A stretch of 64,000 nt of DNA. Origin: Candidatus Magasanikiibacteriota bacterium (lineage in GTDB: Bacteria; Patescibacteriota; Patescibacteriia; Magasanikbacterales; UBA922). The DNA lies in contig WJJZ01000002.1 in the NCBI GenBank assembly GCA_014729395.1, forward strand, positions 64,673 through 128,672, written 5' to 3'. Numbering within the stretch: the first letter of the stretch is position 1; each line of letters starts with the position of its first letter. Under the pieces are notes generated by a model. The model worked only from the letters and a program-made list of their open reading frames with translations, searched no databases and was not told the DNA's origin. The position numbers and the translations under genes are program-made. Of this stretch, positions 21,256-32,645 are shown piece by piece.

Positions 21256-22446
21256 ATGGAGTTACCGGAGAAAGAAAAATATAAAAATTATACCCGCCAT
21301 GAGATAAAAAGCGTTGTCAACCCTGATGAAACCGATAGAGCCTTAAAAGATTTAAGGGAATATGAAAACGATGAACCGACTTTGGAAGAGATTGAATTTA
21401 ATAGGCAGGTAAGAGAAGAAGGGGAAAAGATACTAAGGGAAAAAGGTTTGCCAAATAATGCCGAGACTGTATTTTGGGTGGATGAGACTGTAGCGGACAA
21501 AGAACCGGAAGATAAGGATAAACCGGATTTTACCATCCTTTCCTGGAATATTGAGAGAGGCTATAAAGTAGACAAACAAATTGAATATTTAAAAAAAGAG
21601 TCCCCGGATGTAGTTTGTCTACAAGAGGTAGACTGGGGCTGTGAAAGAACCGGAGATCAGAACATAGCTTTAAAAATGGCAGCCGAATCCGGCTATAAAT
21701 ACGTAGGCTATACAACCGAATTCGTGGAAGTTGATGATAAACAAAAATTTCCCACACAACAAAGAGATAATCCTAGGCTTGGCAAAGGAGGTGGGGTGCA
21801 CGGTCAAGCTTTTCTGAGCAAGTACCCGATTGAATCTGATGGAGTGGCTTGCTTGAAATTGCACAAGCTCTGGCATGATTGGGAAAGAAAGAGCAAGAGT
21901 GGAGAAGCGGAACCAAGAATTGGACAGAGAATTAGTCAGAAGATAAGAGTCAAAATAGGTAATCGTGAAGTTTTGCTTTATAATTCTCATTTTGAGGATA
22001 AAGTTGGCGGAGAAACAGGTCGGCTGGCTCAGTTTGATCAGGTGGCGGATGATGCGGAAAAAGAAGATGCACCCACAATCATTGTGGGCGATCTTAATAC
22101 CTTAACTCATGGATTGGCCGGGCTTATGCCCGGTAACCGTGGAGATTTTTTTGTAAAAGGAGCAAAAAGAATTGGCAAATCAGCTGCTGATATGTGGAAA
22201 GATTTGGAGTTCTCTCAATCAAAGACTAGAGAAAATGCAGAAGAAGGGACTTTAAAAACAAGGGATAAAGAATATAGAGATCCGTTTGAATCACAAGATA
22301 AAACTTTTGAGATTTTTAAAGTTTATAAAGGCAAGCTTGATTGGACATTGTTTCAGGAGGATAAATTTGACGTTTTAAAAAAGGAAATTGGTCCGAAAGG
22401 TTTAAGCGACCACCAGCCTTTGTTAGTGGATGTTAAGATGAAATAA
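21256..22446 (+). CDS. Endonuclease/exonuclease/phosphatase family protein (start uncertain)
   Basis: LSWNI, LQEVD, GDLN, LDW, SDH motifs. Confidence 0.85.
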   Translation: MELPEKEKYKNYTRHEIKSVVNPDETDRALKDLREYENDEPTLEEIEFNRQVREEGEKILREKGLPNNAETVFWVDETVADKEPEDKDKPDFTILSWNIERGYKVDKQIEYLKKESPDVVCLQEVDWGCERTGDQNIALKMAAESGYKYVGYTTEFVEVDDKQKFPTQQRDNPRLGKGGGVHGQAFLSKYPIESDGVACLKLHKLWHDWERKSKSGEAEPRIGQRISQKIRVKIGNREVLLYNSHFEDKVGGETGRLAQFDQVADDAEKEDAPTIIVGDLNTLTHGLAGLMPGNRGDFFVKGAKRIGKSAADMWKDLEFSQSKTRENAEEGTLKTRDKEYRDPFESQDKTFEIFKVYKGKLDWTLFQEDKFDVLKKEIGPKGLSDHQPLLVDVKMK

Positions 22447-22678
22447 GTTTTATAGGATTACTAAAAATTACCGGATTTCCGGTAGTTTTTGTTTGTCCTG
22501 ATAAAAAAGTAAAAAGGCGGGAATCAAGAAAGGTGTATATGGAGAAGGGGCGAGATGGTAGCTGTCTTATTTTATATAAGAAGAAGTTTTTGCACCCTCT
22601 TTTTTTATCTAATAAAAAACCACCGGCAATCCCGGTGGTTTTAGATTTCAATAGCTTTTCCGGTCTTTTGGGCCTTTT

Positions 22679-24838
<2,160 letters not shown>

Positions 24839-24932
24839 TTATTATACCATGTATCAGCCCCGCGGACAAGGGCTGTTTATAATGCTTTTTTTAGTGTATA
24901 ATAGTAAAAAATACAAAAATACATCTTTGATT

Positions 24933-25856
24933 ATGTTATTTGATAAATTAAAATTTGGAAAAAATAAAAAAGAAGATTTAGCTTCGCGTTATGAAGACCC
25001 AAGCGGTAGTTTTGGCAGTGGTGAATTAAAAGCGGCAACTTGGTATGTAAAGAATAAATTGCTCTTGCAAAAAATCGGTATCGGAGCGTTAGCGGTTTTT
25101 TGTATAATAACTGTAGGTTATAGTTTGTTTGGATGGGGGAAGTATTTGATTTTTGATTATTTTTCCGATAGAGACATGCTGACAAAACAAACACTTGAAT
25201 TGAATGACTATCAAAGTTTGCATGCATTATATGGTGCGCAACAACTTCAGTTGGGAAATGCCGAAGTTTTTACTTCTTCAAATGGACAATATGATTTTGT
25301 GACGACCGTGCAAAATCCCAATAATAGGTGGGCGGCTCGAGTAAAATTTAAATATATCTATAATGGCGGAGAAACAGAAAGTGAAGAGGCAATTATTTTG
25401 CCTTTGCAGGAAAGACCGTTTGTGGTTTTTGCTCATGAAGAAAGTTCTTATCCAACCAGAGCCAGGCTGGTTATTGAAAATATTGAATGGCGCAGTATAG
25501 ATGCTCATATGGTTCCAAATGTTTCAGACTATATTAATCAAAGATTTATTTTTATAACTGACAACTTTGAATTTACAAGAGCCGGGGGCAGTTTGGATCT
25601 TCCCGCAAGTAGTATTAAATTTGACTTAACAAATGATACCGCATATAGTTACTGGGAAGCGGAATTTTATGTTGAATTGCTAAATAGCGGAAATCGAACC
25701 GGTGTACTATACCTGGCGGTTCCCGAGTTTAGAGCCGGAGAAACCAGGACGATCGATTTGAGAAGTTTTAGCGAGGGAATAGACGTGGATGCTATTTTAC
25801 TCAATCCGATTATCAATGTTTTTGACAGCTCCGAGTATATTCAACCGGGTAAATGA
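24933..25856 (+). CDS. Membrane-anchored hypothetical protein with beta-sandwich ectodomain
   Basis: Single TM followed by two related beta-rich modules (VQNPN..., LTNDT...). Confidence 0.6.
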   Translation: MLFDKLKFGKNKKEDLASRYEDPSGSFGSGELKAATWYVKNKLLLQKIGIGALAVFCIITVGYSLFGWGKYLIFDYFSDRDMLTKQTLELNDYQSLHALYGAQQLQLGNAEVFTSSNGQYDFVTTVQNPNNRWAARVKFKYIYNGGETESEEAIILPLQERPFVVFAHEESSYPTRARLVIENIEWRSIDAHMVPNVSDYINQRFIFITDNFEFTRAGGSLDLPASSIKFDLTNDTAYSYWEAEFYVELLNSGNRTGVLYLAVPEFRAGETRTIDLRSFSEGIDVDAILLNPIINVFDSSEYIQPGK

Positions 25857-25913
25857 CGATAGATTTTACAATACAAGACGAAAAAATCTGCTTTGACCAT
25901 CATTTAATCTAAT

Positions 25914-27017
25914 ATGAACTGGCTGCTTGGCAAAATTTCCTTATTGAAAAATTACGATTGTTTTTTGACAATCGTAGTTTTTATTTTGGCCGGTATTGGT
26001 CTTATATCCATATACAGTGTAGATTTATCGAGAGGCGAGAATTTAACCTATTTTCCAACTCAAATTATAGCCTTGTCAATTGGTATTTCCGTTTATTTTT
26101 TATCAGGCAGTGTACATCAGACTTTTTATCAGTATGCGGCAAGATTTTTTTATATATCGGCTTTTTTTCTATTGATTGCCGTATTGATTTGGGGTGTAAA
26201 CATAAGAGGTACGACCGGGTGGTTTCAATTTGCCGGCTTTTCTTTTCAGCCGGTGGAGTATGCCAAGGTGGCTTTGATAGTGTTTTTAGCCTGGTGGATA
26301 GAAAGACACGGAAGGCAGTTTGATAAATGGCAATTTGTGTTTACAAGCGGTTTATCCGCAGTAATACTCGCCGGTTTGGTTATGTTGCAGCCCGACTTGG
26401 GTTCGGCTGTGGTATTATTCTCCATCTGGTTTTTACTGTTATTTTTGACCGGTACAAAAAAAAGATATCTGGCCGGCTTGATATCCCTATTATTTTTAAC
26501 TTCCGTGATGTCATGGTTTTTTTTACTCCAGGATTATCAAAAAGACAGATTGAGAATATTTTTAAATCCCGACTTGGATCCATTAGGTGCCGGTTATAAC
26601 GTCAGTCAATCGATAATAGCGATTGGAGCCGGTAATTTTTTTGGCAGGGGTTTGGGCTTTGGATCACAAAGCCAATTACATTTTTTACCGGAAGCGCAAA
26701 CTGATTTTATTTTTTCCGTTTTGGCCGAAGAATTGGGTTTTGTAGGTGTAATAATAGTATTAATTTTATATTTTCTTTTAATTTGGCGTTTGGTTGCGAT
26801 AGCCAAAAAAAGCAATGATGATTTTGGTTCATATTTGGCAATAGGGATAGCTTGTTTATTTTTTATACAAATTTTTTTCAATATTGGCGGTGCTTTGGGT
26901 ATATTACCGGTTACGGGCATTACGCTGCCGTATTTAAGTTATGGAGGGTCTTCATTAATAATCAATTTTTTTCTACTGGGTATAGCCCAAAGCGTATTTC
27001 GTTCAGCCAATAAATAG
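25914..27017 (+). CDS. rodA: SEDS peptidoglycan glycosyltransferase RodA
   Basis: FQPVEYAK, QPDLG, LPEAQTDFIF, GITLPYLSYGGSS. Confidence 0.9.
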   Translation: MNWLLGKISLLKNYDCFLTIVVFILAGIGLISIYSVDLSRGENLTYFPTQIIALSIGISVYFLSGSVHQTFYQYAARFFYISAFFLLIAVLIWGVNIRGTTGWFQFAGFSFQPVEYAKVALIVFLAWWIERHGRQFDKWQFVFTSGLSAVILAGLVMLQPDLGSAVVLFSIWFLLLFLTGTKKRYLAGLISLLFLTSVMSWFFLLQDYQKDRLRIFLNPDLDPLGAGYNVSQSIIAIGAGNFFGRGLGFGSQSQLHFLPEAQTDFIFSVLAEELGFVGVIIVLILYFLLIWRLVAIAKKSNDDFGSYLAIGIACLFFIQIFFNIGGALGILPVTGITLPYLSYGGSSLIINFFLLGIAQSVFRSANK

Positions 27018-27070
27018 TGCTAAAATACACTTGACTTTTTTATTTTTTTTGCTATAATGCAGCTCACATT

Positions 27071-27433
27071 ATGAATAAAGATAATTCCCAGAGGGATAAA
27101 AAAAACGACTCGGACGAGAGGGGCATTAAAATAATTCGAGAATGCCCTTTGTGTAATGTTGAATATGAAATGCAGGATATGAGTGTTTTGAAAAGAAATG
27201 ATCATGCCAATTTGGTACATTCCACTTGTCCCGAGTGTAATAATTCCGTATTGTCCGTTGTATTGATCACCGAGACGGGGCTAAGCTCAATTGGGATGGT
27301 AACCGATCTGAGTGCCGATGATGTTATTAAATTTAGCAAATTCGGACCGGTCACAGAAGAGGAATTACTTGATTTTCATACTTTCATGAGAAAAAAATTT
27401 TGTCGATTATTTGATAAATTATATAAAATATGA
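27071..27433 (+). CDS. Zn-ribbon hypothetical protein
   Basis: CPLC...CPEC, GMVTDLS. Confidence 0.65.
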   Translation: MNKDNSQRDKKNDSDERGIKIIRECPLCNVEYEMQDMSVLKRNDHANLVHSTCPECNNSVLSVVLITETGLSSIGMVTDLSADDVIKFSKFGPVTEEELLDFHTFMRKKFCRLFDKLYKI

Positions 27434-28158
27434 ATTATTCGCTAAAAGTTGATAAAAGAGAGCCGAAAAATTCCGGTGAACTAAGAGAACAGGGTAAAAT
27501 TCCCGCTATTTTATACGGACCGGAACGGGAGGAAGCACAACCTGTTAGTTTGGATTATAATGTTTTTGAAAAATTATATGATGAAGCCGGTGAATCCAGC
27601 TTGATTGATTTAACGGTTGAGGGAGAAAAAGAACCGGTAAAGGTTTTGATTCAGGATATTCAGTATGATCCTGTAAAAAATGACATCATTCATGTAGATT
27701 TTAGACAGATAAAAATGGGAGAAGAAATGTATACTACGATTGAGCTGGAATTTGTCAATGAATCTCCCGCTGTCAAAGAGTTGGGTGGTACTTTGGTCAA
27801 AGGAAATGATTATTTAAATGTAAAATGTTTGCCAAAAGATTTGGTATCTGAAATAAAAGTTGACTTGGCTGTTTTGGAAACATTCGATGACACTATTACA
27901 ATAGCTGACTTAAGTATTCCCGAAGGTATTACTGTTACTGATAATCCTGACGCCTTAATCGCCAAAGTGTCAGCGCCTCTAACTGAGGAACAACTAAAAG
28001 CAATGGAAGAAGAAACAGCCTCTGTAGAAGATGTTGAGGTTGAAGAAAAGGGTAAAGAAGGTGAGGAAACTGAAGAAGGAGAAGAAGGACAAGAATCGGA
28101 AAAATCGGAAACCGAGGGAGAGGGTGAAAAAGAAGAAGACAAAAAAGAAGAAAAATAA
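27430..28158 (+). CDS. rplY: 50S ribosomal protein L25 (CTC form)
   Basis: IPAILYG, IHVDF, acidic tail. Confidence 0.93.
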   Translation: MNYSLKVDKREPKNSGELREQGKIPAILYGPEREEAQPVSLDYNVFEKLYDEAGESSLIDLTVEGEKEPVKVLIQDIQYDPVKNDIIHVDFRQIKMGEEMYTTIELEFVNESPAVKELGGTLVKGNDYLNVKCLPKDLVSEIKVDLAVLETFDDTITIADLSIPEGITVTDNPDALIAKVSAPLTEEQLKAMEEETASVEDVEVEEKGKEGEETEEGEEGQESEKSETEGEGEKEEDKKEEK

Positions 28159-28229
28159 ACAAAAAAATCTCGCTCTTCTCAGCGAGGTTTTTTAAATTAA
28201 TCGGAAGCTTGTGGTATAATTTAGTGGTT

Positions 28230-29354
28230 ATGGCAAAAGAAATTTTAAAAAAAATTGTAAATAAAAAATCTCCCATAAAAAGCGGAATTACGTGGCTTGA
28301 TGAAATAAGGTATATTTATTTGCTAAGCGCATTGGTTTTGATCACCGCTTTTTTTCTTTTGCTGTTTTTTGGTTTTAACTACTTATCGTCCATATTTTCC
28401 GGTACCAGTTTGGTAGATACCGTGCAAGAGAAAATCGAACAAAAAAGCGAATGTACCTCAAGACGATTGGTGGACGGTTTATGTTTGCAGGGTAATGAGA
28501 ATAACAACCCGCCTTTGGTTGTTGCCATGATAGACAATCATATGGACGCGCGTCCACAATCAGGTTTATCAGAAGCGGTGCTGGTTTACGAAGCACCGGT
28601 GGAGGGAAATTATACACGTTTTATGGCGTTTTATATTATGGATGAAAAAGTGGAATCCGTTGGCCCCATCAGAAGTGCCAGACCATATTTTTTAGACTGG
28701 ACAGAGGAGTATGGCAAGCCGATGTATTTTCATGTTGGCGGTTCACCACAGGCATTACAACTGATAAAAAATTATAATATTTTTGATTTTAATGAATTTT
28801 TCAGAAGCTGGTATTTTTGGAGATCTGTTGATCGTTTGGCGCCTCACAATACTTATACATCGTCTGAACTTTGGAAAAAGGGTTTTGATAAATATTCTTA
28901 TGAAGCCAGCAGTACGAAATTTAGTTCTTGGAAATATGAAGATTATGAAAATTGTCACGAAGACGAATGTGTTACGGAAATAACAATCAATTATTTGTCG
29001 TATTATTTTGAACCTACATGGAAATATAATACATCAACCGAAAAATATGTCAGATATGAAAATAATGCGATAAAAAAGGATAAAAATGGGAGCAAGATAA
29101 TCGCGGATAATATAATAGTTCAGTTTGTTGAATCACGGGTAATTGACGGTGTTGGCCGTCTGGATATTGAAACAATCGGAGAGGGAAAGGCGCTTGTTTT
29201 TACAGCCGGACGAGTTTTTGAAGGTACTTGGAAAAAACCTAATAGACAAGCGCGAACAAAATGGTATAATGAAAATGGTGAACAAATTAACCTAACAGTC
29301 GGCACGACTTGGGTGCAGGTCACACCGCAAAGCACCAAAACAGAATGGAAATAA
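28230..29354 (+). CDS. DUF3048/YerB-like protein
   Basis: MIDNHMDARPQSGL, VEGNYTR, GPIRSAR, APHN. Confidence 0.8.
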   Translation: MAKEILKKIVNKKSPIKSGITWLDEIRYIYLLSALVLITAFFLLLFFGFNYLSSIFSGTSLVDTVQEKIEQKSECTSRRLVDGLCLQGNENNNPPLVVAMIDNHMDARPQSGLSEAVLVYEAPVEGNYTRFMAFYIMDEKVESVGPIRSARPYFLDWTEEYGKPMYFHVGGSPQALQLIKNYNIFDFNEFFRSWYFWRSVDRLAPHNTYTSSELWKKGFDKYSYEASSTKFSSWKYEDYENCHEDECVTEITINYLSYYFEPTWKYNTSTEKYVRYENNAIKKDKNGSKIIADNIIVQFVESRVIDGVGRLDIETIGEGKALVFTAGRVFEGTWKKPNRQARTKWYNENGEQINLTVGTTWVQVTPQSTKTEWK

Positions 29355-29375
29355 ATAATTTTATAAATAAATATT

Positions 29376-29822
29376 ATGGTAAAACGAAAATTAACAGGGC
29401 CTCTTCCCGAACATGTAAGAAGAACGCTACAGAAAAGAAGAGAGCGCCTAAAAAGAGAATCTGATGAAGAGGAAACAAATATACAAACTAAAGATAGTAC
29501 AAAAGAAGATGTCACAAACTCCAAAGATGAAAAATTGGACAATGCCATAATTCAAGTAACGGGTAATAAAGAAATCCCCGAACTAAAAAATAAAATAACT
29601 GAACTGGAAAAGGAAGTTGAAAAATGGGAAGATGAAGTTGGAGAAATGTGGTCTCAAGCTGAGCCTGATGAAATGAAAATACGAGATTTAAATGAAAAAA
29701 TAAGGAGTTCCGTAATGGAATTAACTGAATTAAAACGTGAATTAAGTTCGCTAAGAACTAAATACAAAGAAATGATTGAGAAAGGAAATGAGTTGGATCG
29801 GGATATTAGATCAGCCGGATGA
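29376..29822 (+). CDS. Coiled-coil hypothetical protein
   Basis: 148-aa charged heptad-rich ORF. Confidence 0.55.
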   Translation: MVKRKLTGPLPEHVRRTLQKRRERLKRESDEEETNIQTKDSTKEDVTNSKDEKLDNAIIQVTGNKEIPELKNKITELEKEVEKWEDEVGEMWSQAEPDEMKIRDLNEKIRSSVMELTELKRELSSLRTKYKEMIEKGNELDRDIRSAG

Positions 29823-29834
29823 TCAAGCAAAAAC

Positions 29835-30707
29835 CTATTTATTTAGGTTTTTTTTAATACTAAAAATTACAAGCCTGCTTAATTCTGCCAAATCTTTTTT
29901 TATTTCGATTTTTGTTTTTGGAAAATATTTTTTTATCAGATTTGGGATTGCTTCGGATTGGGAGGGGTCGATTTCGATGATTGTGGTGATTTGTGACTGG
30001 TGATTAGAGATTAGTGACCGGACTTGCTTGAAGAGTTTTTCATATAGCGCCAGGCCTTGATTTCTCGCTACAAGAGCTTTTTTGGGTTCGTGCTGGATTG
30101 AGGGTTCGGATCGGTACTGGTCTTCGGTTAAGTAGGGGAGGTTGGCGACAATGAGCAATGAACAATGAGTAGTGAGCAATTTTTTATTTATAATTGGTTG
30201 GAGTAAATTGCCATGGAGAAATTCTATTTTTACCTTGTGTTTTTTTGCATTTTTTTTGGCGATCCTGATGGCCTTTCGGGATATATCGGTTGCAAAAATT
30301 TTATATGTTGTCCCGCTGCTGTCCCCGAGTGCTGAAGAGACGGATATTGGAATGCAGCCGGATCCGGTGCCGACATCAATTAAGATTGTCTTATCCTTAT
30401 TTTTTAAAATCGACAAAACTTCTTCCACAATCATTTCCGTTTCCGGACGGGGAATCAATACATACTTATTTACTAAAAAATTTGTACCATAAAATTCTTT
30501 GTTTCCGGTTAGGTAGGCGATTGGAACAACCCGGGAACGTTTTTTTGCCAAGGCTTTGTATTTTATCTCCTGCAGCTTGGAAATTTTTTGTTTGGGATGA
30601 GAAATAATAAACTCGCGTGTTTTTTGCAAAACATGAGACAGTAGCAATTCGCTTTCGCGTCTATCGATTTTTGATTTTTGTAAAAGTTTAGCTATTGTTT
30701 CCGCCAT
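29835..30707 (-). CDS. prmC: Release factor glutamine methyltransferase
   Basis: LIPRPETE, DVGTGSG, ANLPY; follows prfA. Confidence 0.93.
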   Translation of the reverse strand: MAETIAKLLQKSKIDRRESELLLSHVLQKTREFIISHPKQKISKLQEIKYKALAKKRSRVVPIAYLTGNKEFYGTNFLVNKYVLIPRPETEMIVEEVLSILKNKDKTILIDVGTGSGCIPISVSSALGDSSGTTYKIFATDISRKAIRIAKKNAKKHKVKIEFLHGNLLQPIINKKLLTTHCSLLIVANLPYLTEDQYRSEPSIQHEPKKALVARNQGLALYEKLFKQVRSLISNHQSQITTIIEIDPSQSEAIPNLIKKYFPKTKIEIKKDLAELSRLVIFSIKKNLNK

Positions 30708-30737
30708 ATTAAAATTTAAAAATTCCGGATTCGAAAT

Positions 30738-31793
30738 TCAAGATTCCATTTCTTCATAATCAGCCACACGAAGAGCTTCGATGATGTCCTCCAAGTCTCC
30801 ATCCAAAATTTTTTGTATGTTATTCCAGCTTTTTTTAATACGATGATCGGTAATACGATCTTGCGGAAAATTGTAAGTGCGAATTTTTTCACTTCTGTCG
30901 GCTCTACCAATTTGTTTTTTTCGTTTTGTGTCAATCTCAGCTTGCTGTTTTTCTCTTTCCAGTTCATAAAGCCTGGCACGTAAAACATTCATGGCTTTGG
31001 TTTTGTTTTGTAGTTGCGATCTTTCATCCTGACATTGGACTACGGTGTCGGTTGGAATATGAGTAATGCGAACGGCGCTATAGGTTGTGTTTACGCTTTG
31101 GCCGCCATGGCCGCCGGCACAGAATGTATCTATACGCAGGTCATTGGGATCTATTTCAAATTCAGTTTCTTCTATTTCAGGTAGAACAGCCACGCTGGCG
31201 GTAGAGGTGTGTATACGTCCCGATTTTTCCGTTTCGGGAATTCTTTGAACTCTATGAACACCCATTTCATATTTCAAATTTTTATAAACATTGTTTCCTT
31301 CTATGGAAAAAATAACTTCCTTATATCCGCCAATTCCGATTTGATTTTCATTTAAGAGTTTTGTCTTCCATTTTTTACTTTCAGCGTATTTCATATACAT
31401 TCGCATTAGATCGCCAGCAAAAAGGGCGGCCTCATCTCCACCGGCACCGGCTCTAATTTCTATGATGACATCTTTTTTGTCCAAAGGATCGGTCGGTTTG
31501 GTTAAATTTTTCAATTCAGATTCTAATTTTTGTTTTTTCTTTTCCAATTCCGCAAGTTCGGCTTCAGCCATTTTCTTCATGTCGTCAGTTTCATTGTCTA
31601 CCATTTCTTGAGTGCCTGTTAAATTGGTTTCTACTTGTTCCAAATCCATAATTTTTTCTATGATAGGTTTTAAGTCATCATATTCTTGTGCTACTGTTTT
31701 TAGTCTTTTTTGGTCAGCAATAACATCAGGATTTTGTAAATCCTGTTCCAGTTGATTATATTTATTTTTTAGTTGTATATATTTTTTTTGCAT
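30738..31793 (-). CDS. prfA: Peptide chain release factor 1
   Basis: [23 protein letters not shown]. Confidence 0.95.
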   Translation of the reverse strand: MQKKYIQLKNKYNQLEQDLQNPDVIADQKRLKTVAQEYDDLKPIIEKIMDLEQVETNLTGTQEMVDNETDDMKKMAEAELAELEKKKQKLESELKNLTKPTDPLDKKDVIIEIRAGAGGDEAALFAGDLMRMYMKYAESKKWKTKLLNENQIGIGGYKEVIFSIEGNNVYKNLKYEMGVHRVQRIPETEKSGRIHTSTASVAVLPEIEETEFEIDPNDLRIDTFCAGGHGGQSVNTTYSAVRITHIPTDTVVQCQDERSQLQNKTKAMNVLRARLYELEREKQQAEIDTKRKKQIGRADRSEKIRTYNFPQDRITDHRIKKSWNNIQKILDGDLEDIIEALRVADYEEMES

Positions 31794-31800
31794 ATATTTA

Positions 31801-31876
31801 CAGTTCACAGTTTTCGGTTCACAGTCAACAGGGAAGTAATATCCTGAGAATTGAGAACGTCTGACTATAAACCGTT
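31801..31876. repeat. Heptamer-period inverted repeat element between rpmE and prfA
   Basis: CAGTTCA-CAGTTTT-CGGTTCA-CAGTCAA-CAG ... CTGAGAA-TTGAGAA. Confidence 0.55.
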
Positions 31877-31922
31877 AAAAAAACAGCCCCAAAAATAAGG
31901 GTCTGCTTTTAATTGTTAACGG

Positions 31923-32237
31923 CTATTTTGATTTTTTATCTTTTTTTTCGGATTTTGACTTTTTCTCTTGTTTTTCTTTTTTTGCCTTGGCAGCTCTTTT
32001 TACTTTTTTTCCTTTGCGAGTGCCGGCAACTTTTTTAACGCGTTTCATTTTTTCTTGGAATTTTTCAACTCTGCGAGCAGTATCTACAAATTTTTGTTTA
32101 CCGGTATAAAAAGGATGACACATATTGCAGAGTTCAACCCTGATGCTGTCTTTGGTGGAGCCAACTTTAAAATTATTACCACAAGCACAGGTAACAGTAG
32201 CTTCCTCATTGTATTTTGGGTGTATATCTTTCTTCAT
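31923..32237 (-). CDS. rpmE: 50S ribosomal protein L31
   Basis: [21 protein letters not shown]. Confidence 0.95.
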   Translation of the reverse strand: MKKDIHPKYNEEATVTCACGNNFKVGSTKDSIRVELCNMCHPFYTGKQKFVDTARRVEKFQEKMKRVKKVAGTRKGKKVKRAAKAKKEKQEKKSKSEKKDKKSK

Positions 32238-32312
32238 AATTTACGGATAAGTAATAATGCGGATTTACTGATAACTTGCCTGCCGGCAGACAGGCACATA
32301 TCTGAATTATTG
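32238..32312. repeat. CGGAT-type repeat with embedded GCCTGCCGGCAG palindrome
   Basis: Shares ATAATGCGGATTTAC and CATATC(T/C)GAATTATT with the repeats flanking the GxxExxY gene. Confidence 0.6.
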
Positions 32313-32426
32313 TTTAAAAAGTGAGAAAACTATAACATGTCTTGATTATTTTGTCAATGAATAAAAAATTTGCCTTTTTTGACAAATTGCACTATAATCC
32401 AACGAGCAGAATGATAAATTTATCTT

Positions 32427-32645
32427 ATGATAGTTCAAATAATTCAAATTGTACAATTGGTCTTGGCAGTATTATTAATCGTAGTGATTTTATTGCAACA
32501 GCAAAGTGCGGGTTTAGGCTCAGCTTTTGGTGGAAGCGGTTCGGTCCAGACCACTCGTCGTGGGGCTGATAAGTTTTTATTTAGAGCAACAATCATTATT
32601 TCTATACTTTTTTTCCTATCCGCATTGGCCCAAATTATAATATAA
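32427..32645 (+). CDS. secG: Preprotein translocase SecG
   Basis: ILLQ...GLGSAFGG...TRRG between two TM helices. Confidence 0.93.
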   Translation: MIVQIIQIVQLVLAVLLIVVILLQQQSAGLGSAFGGSGSVQTTRRGADKFLFRATIIISILFFLSALAQIII

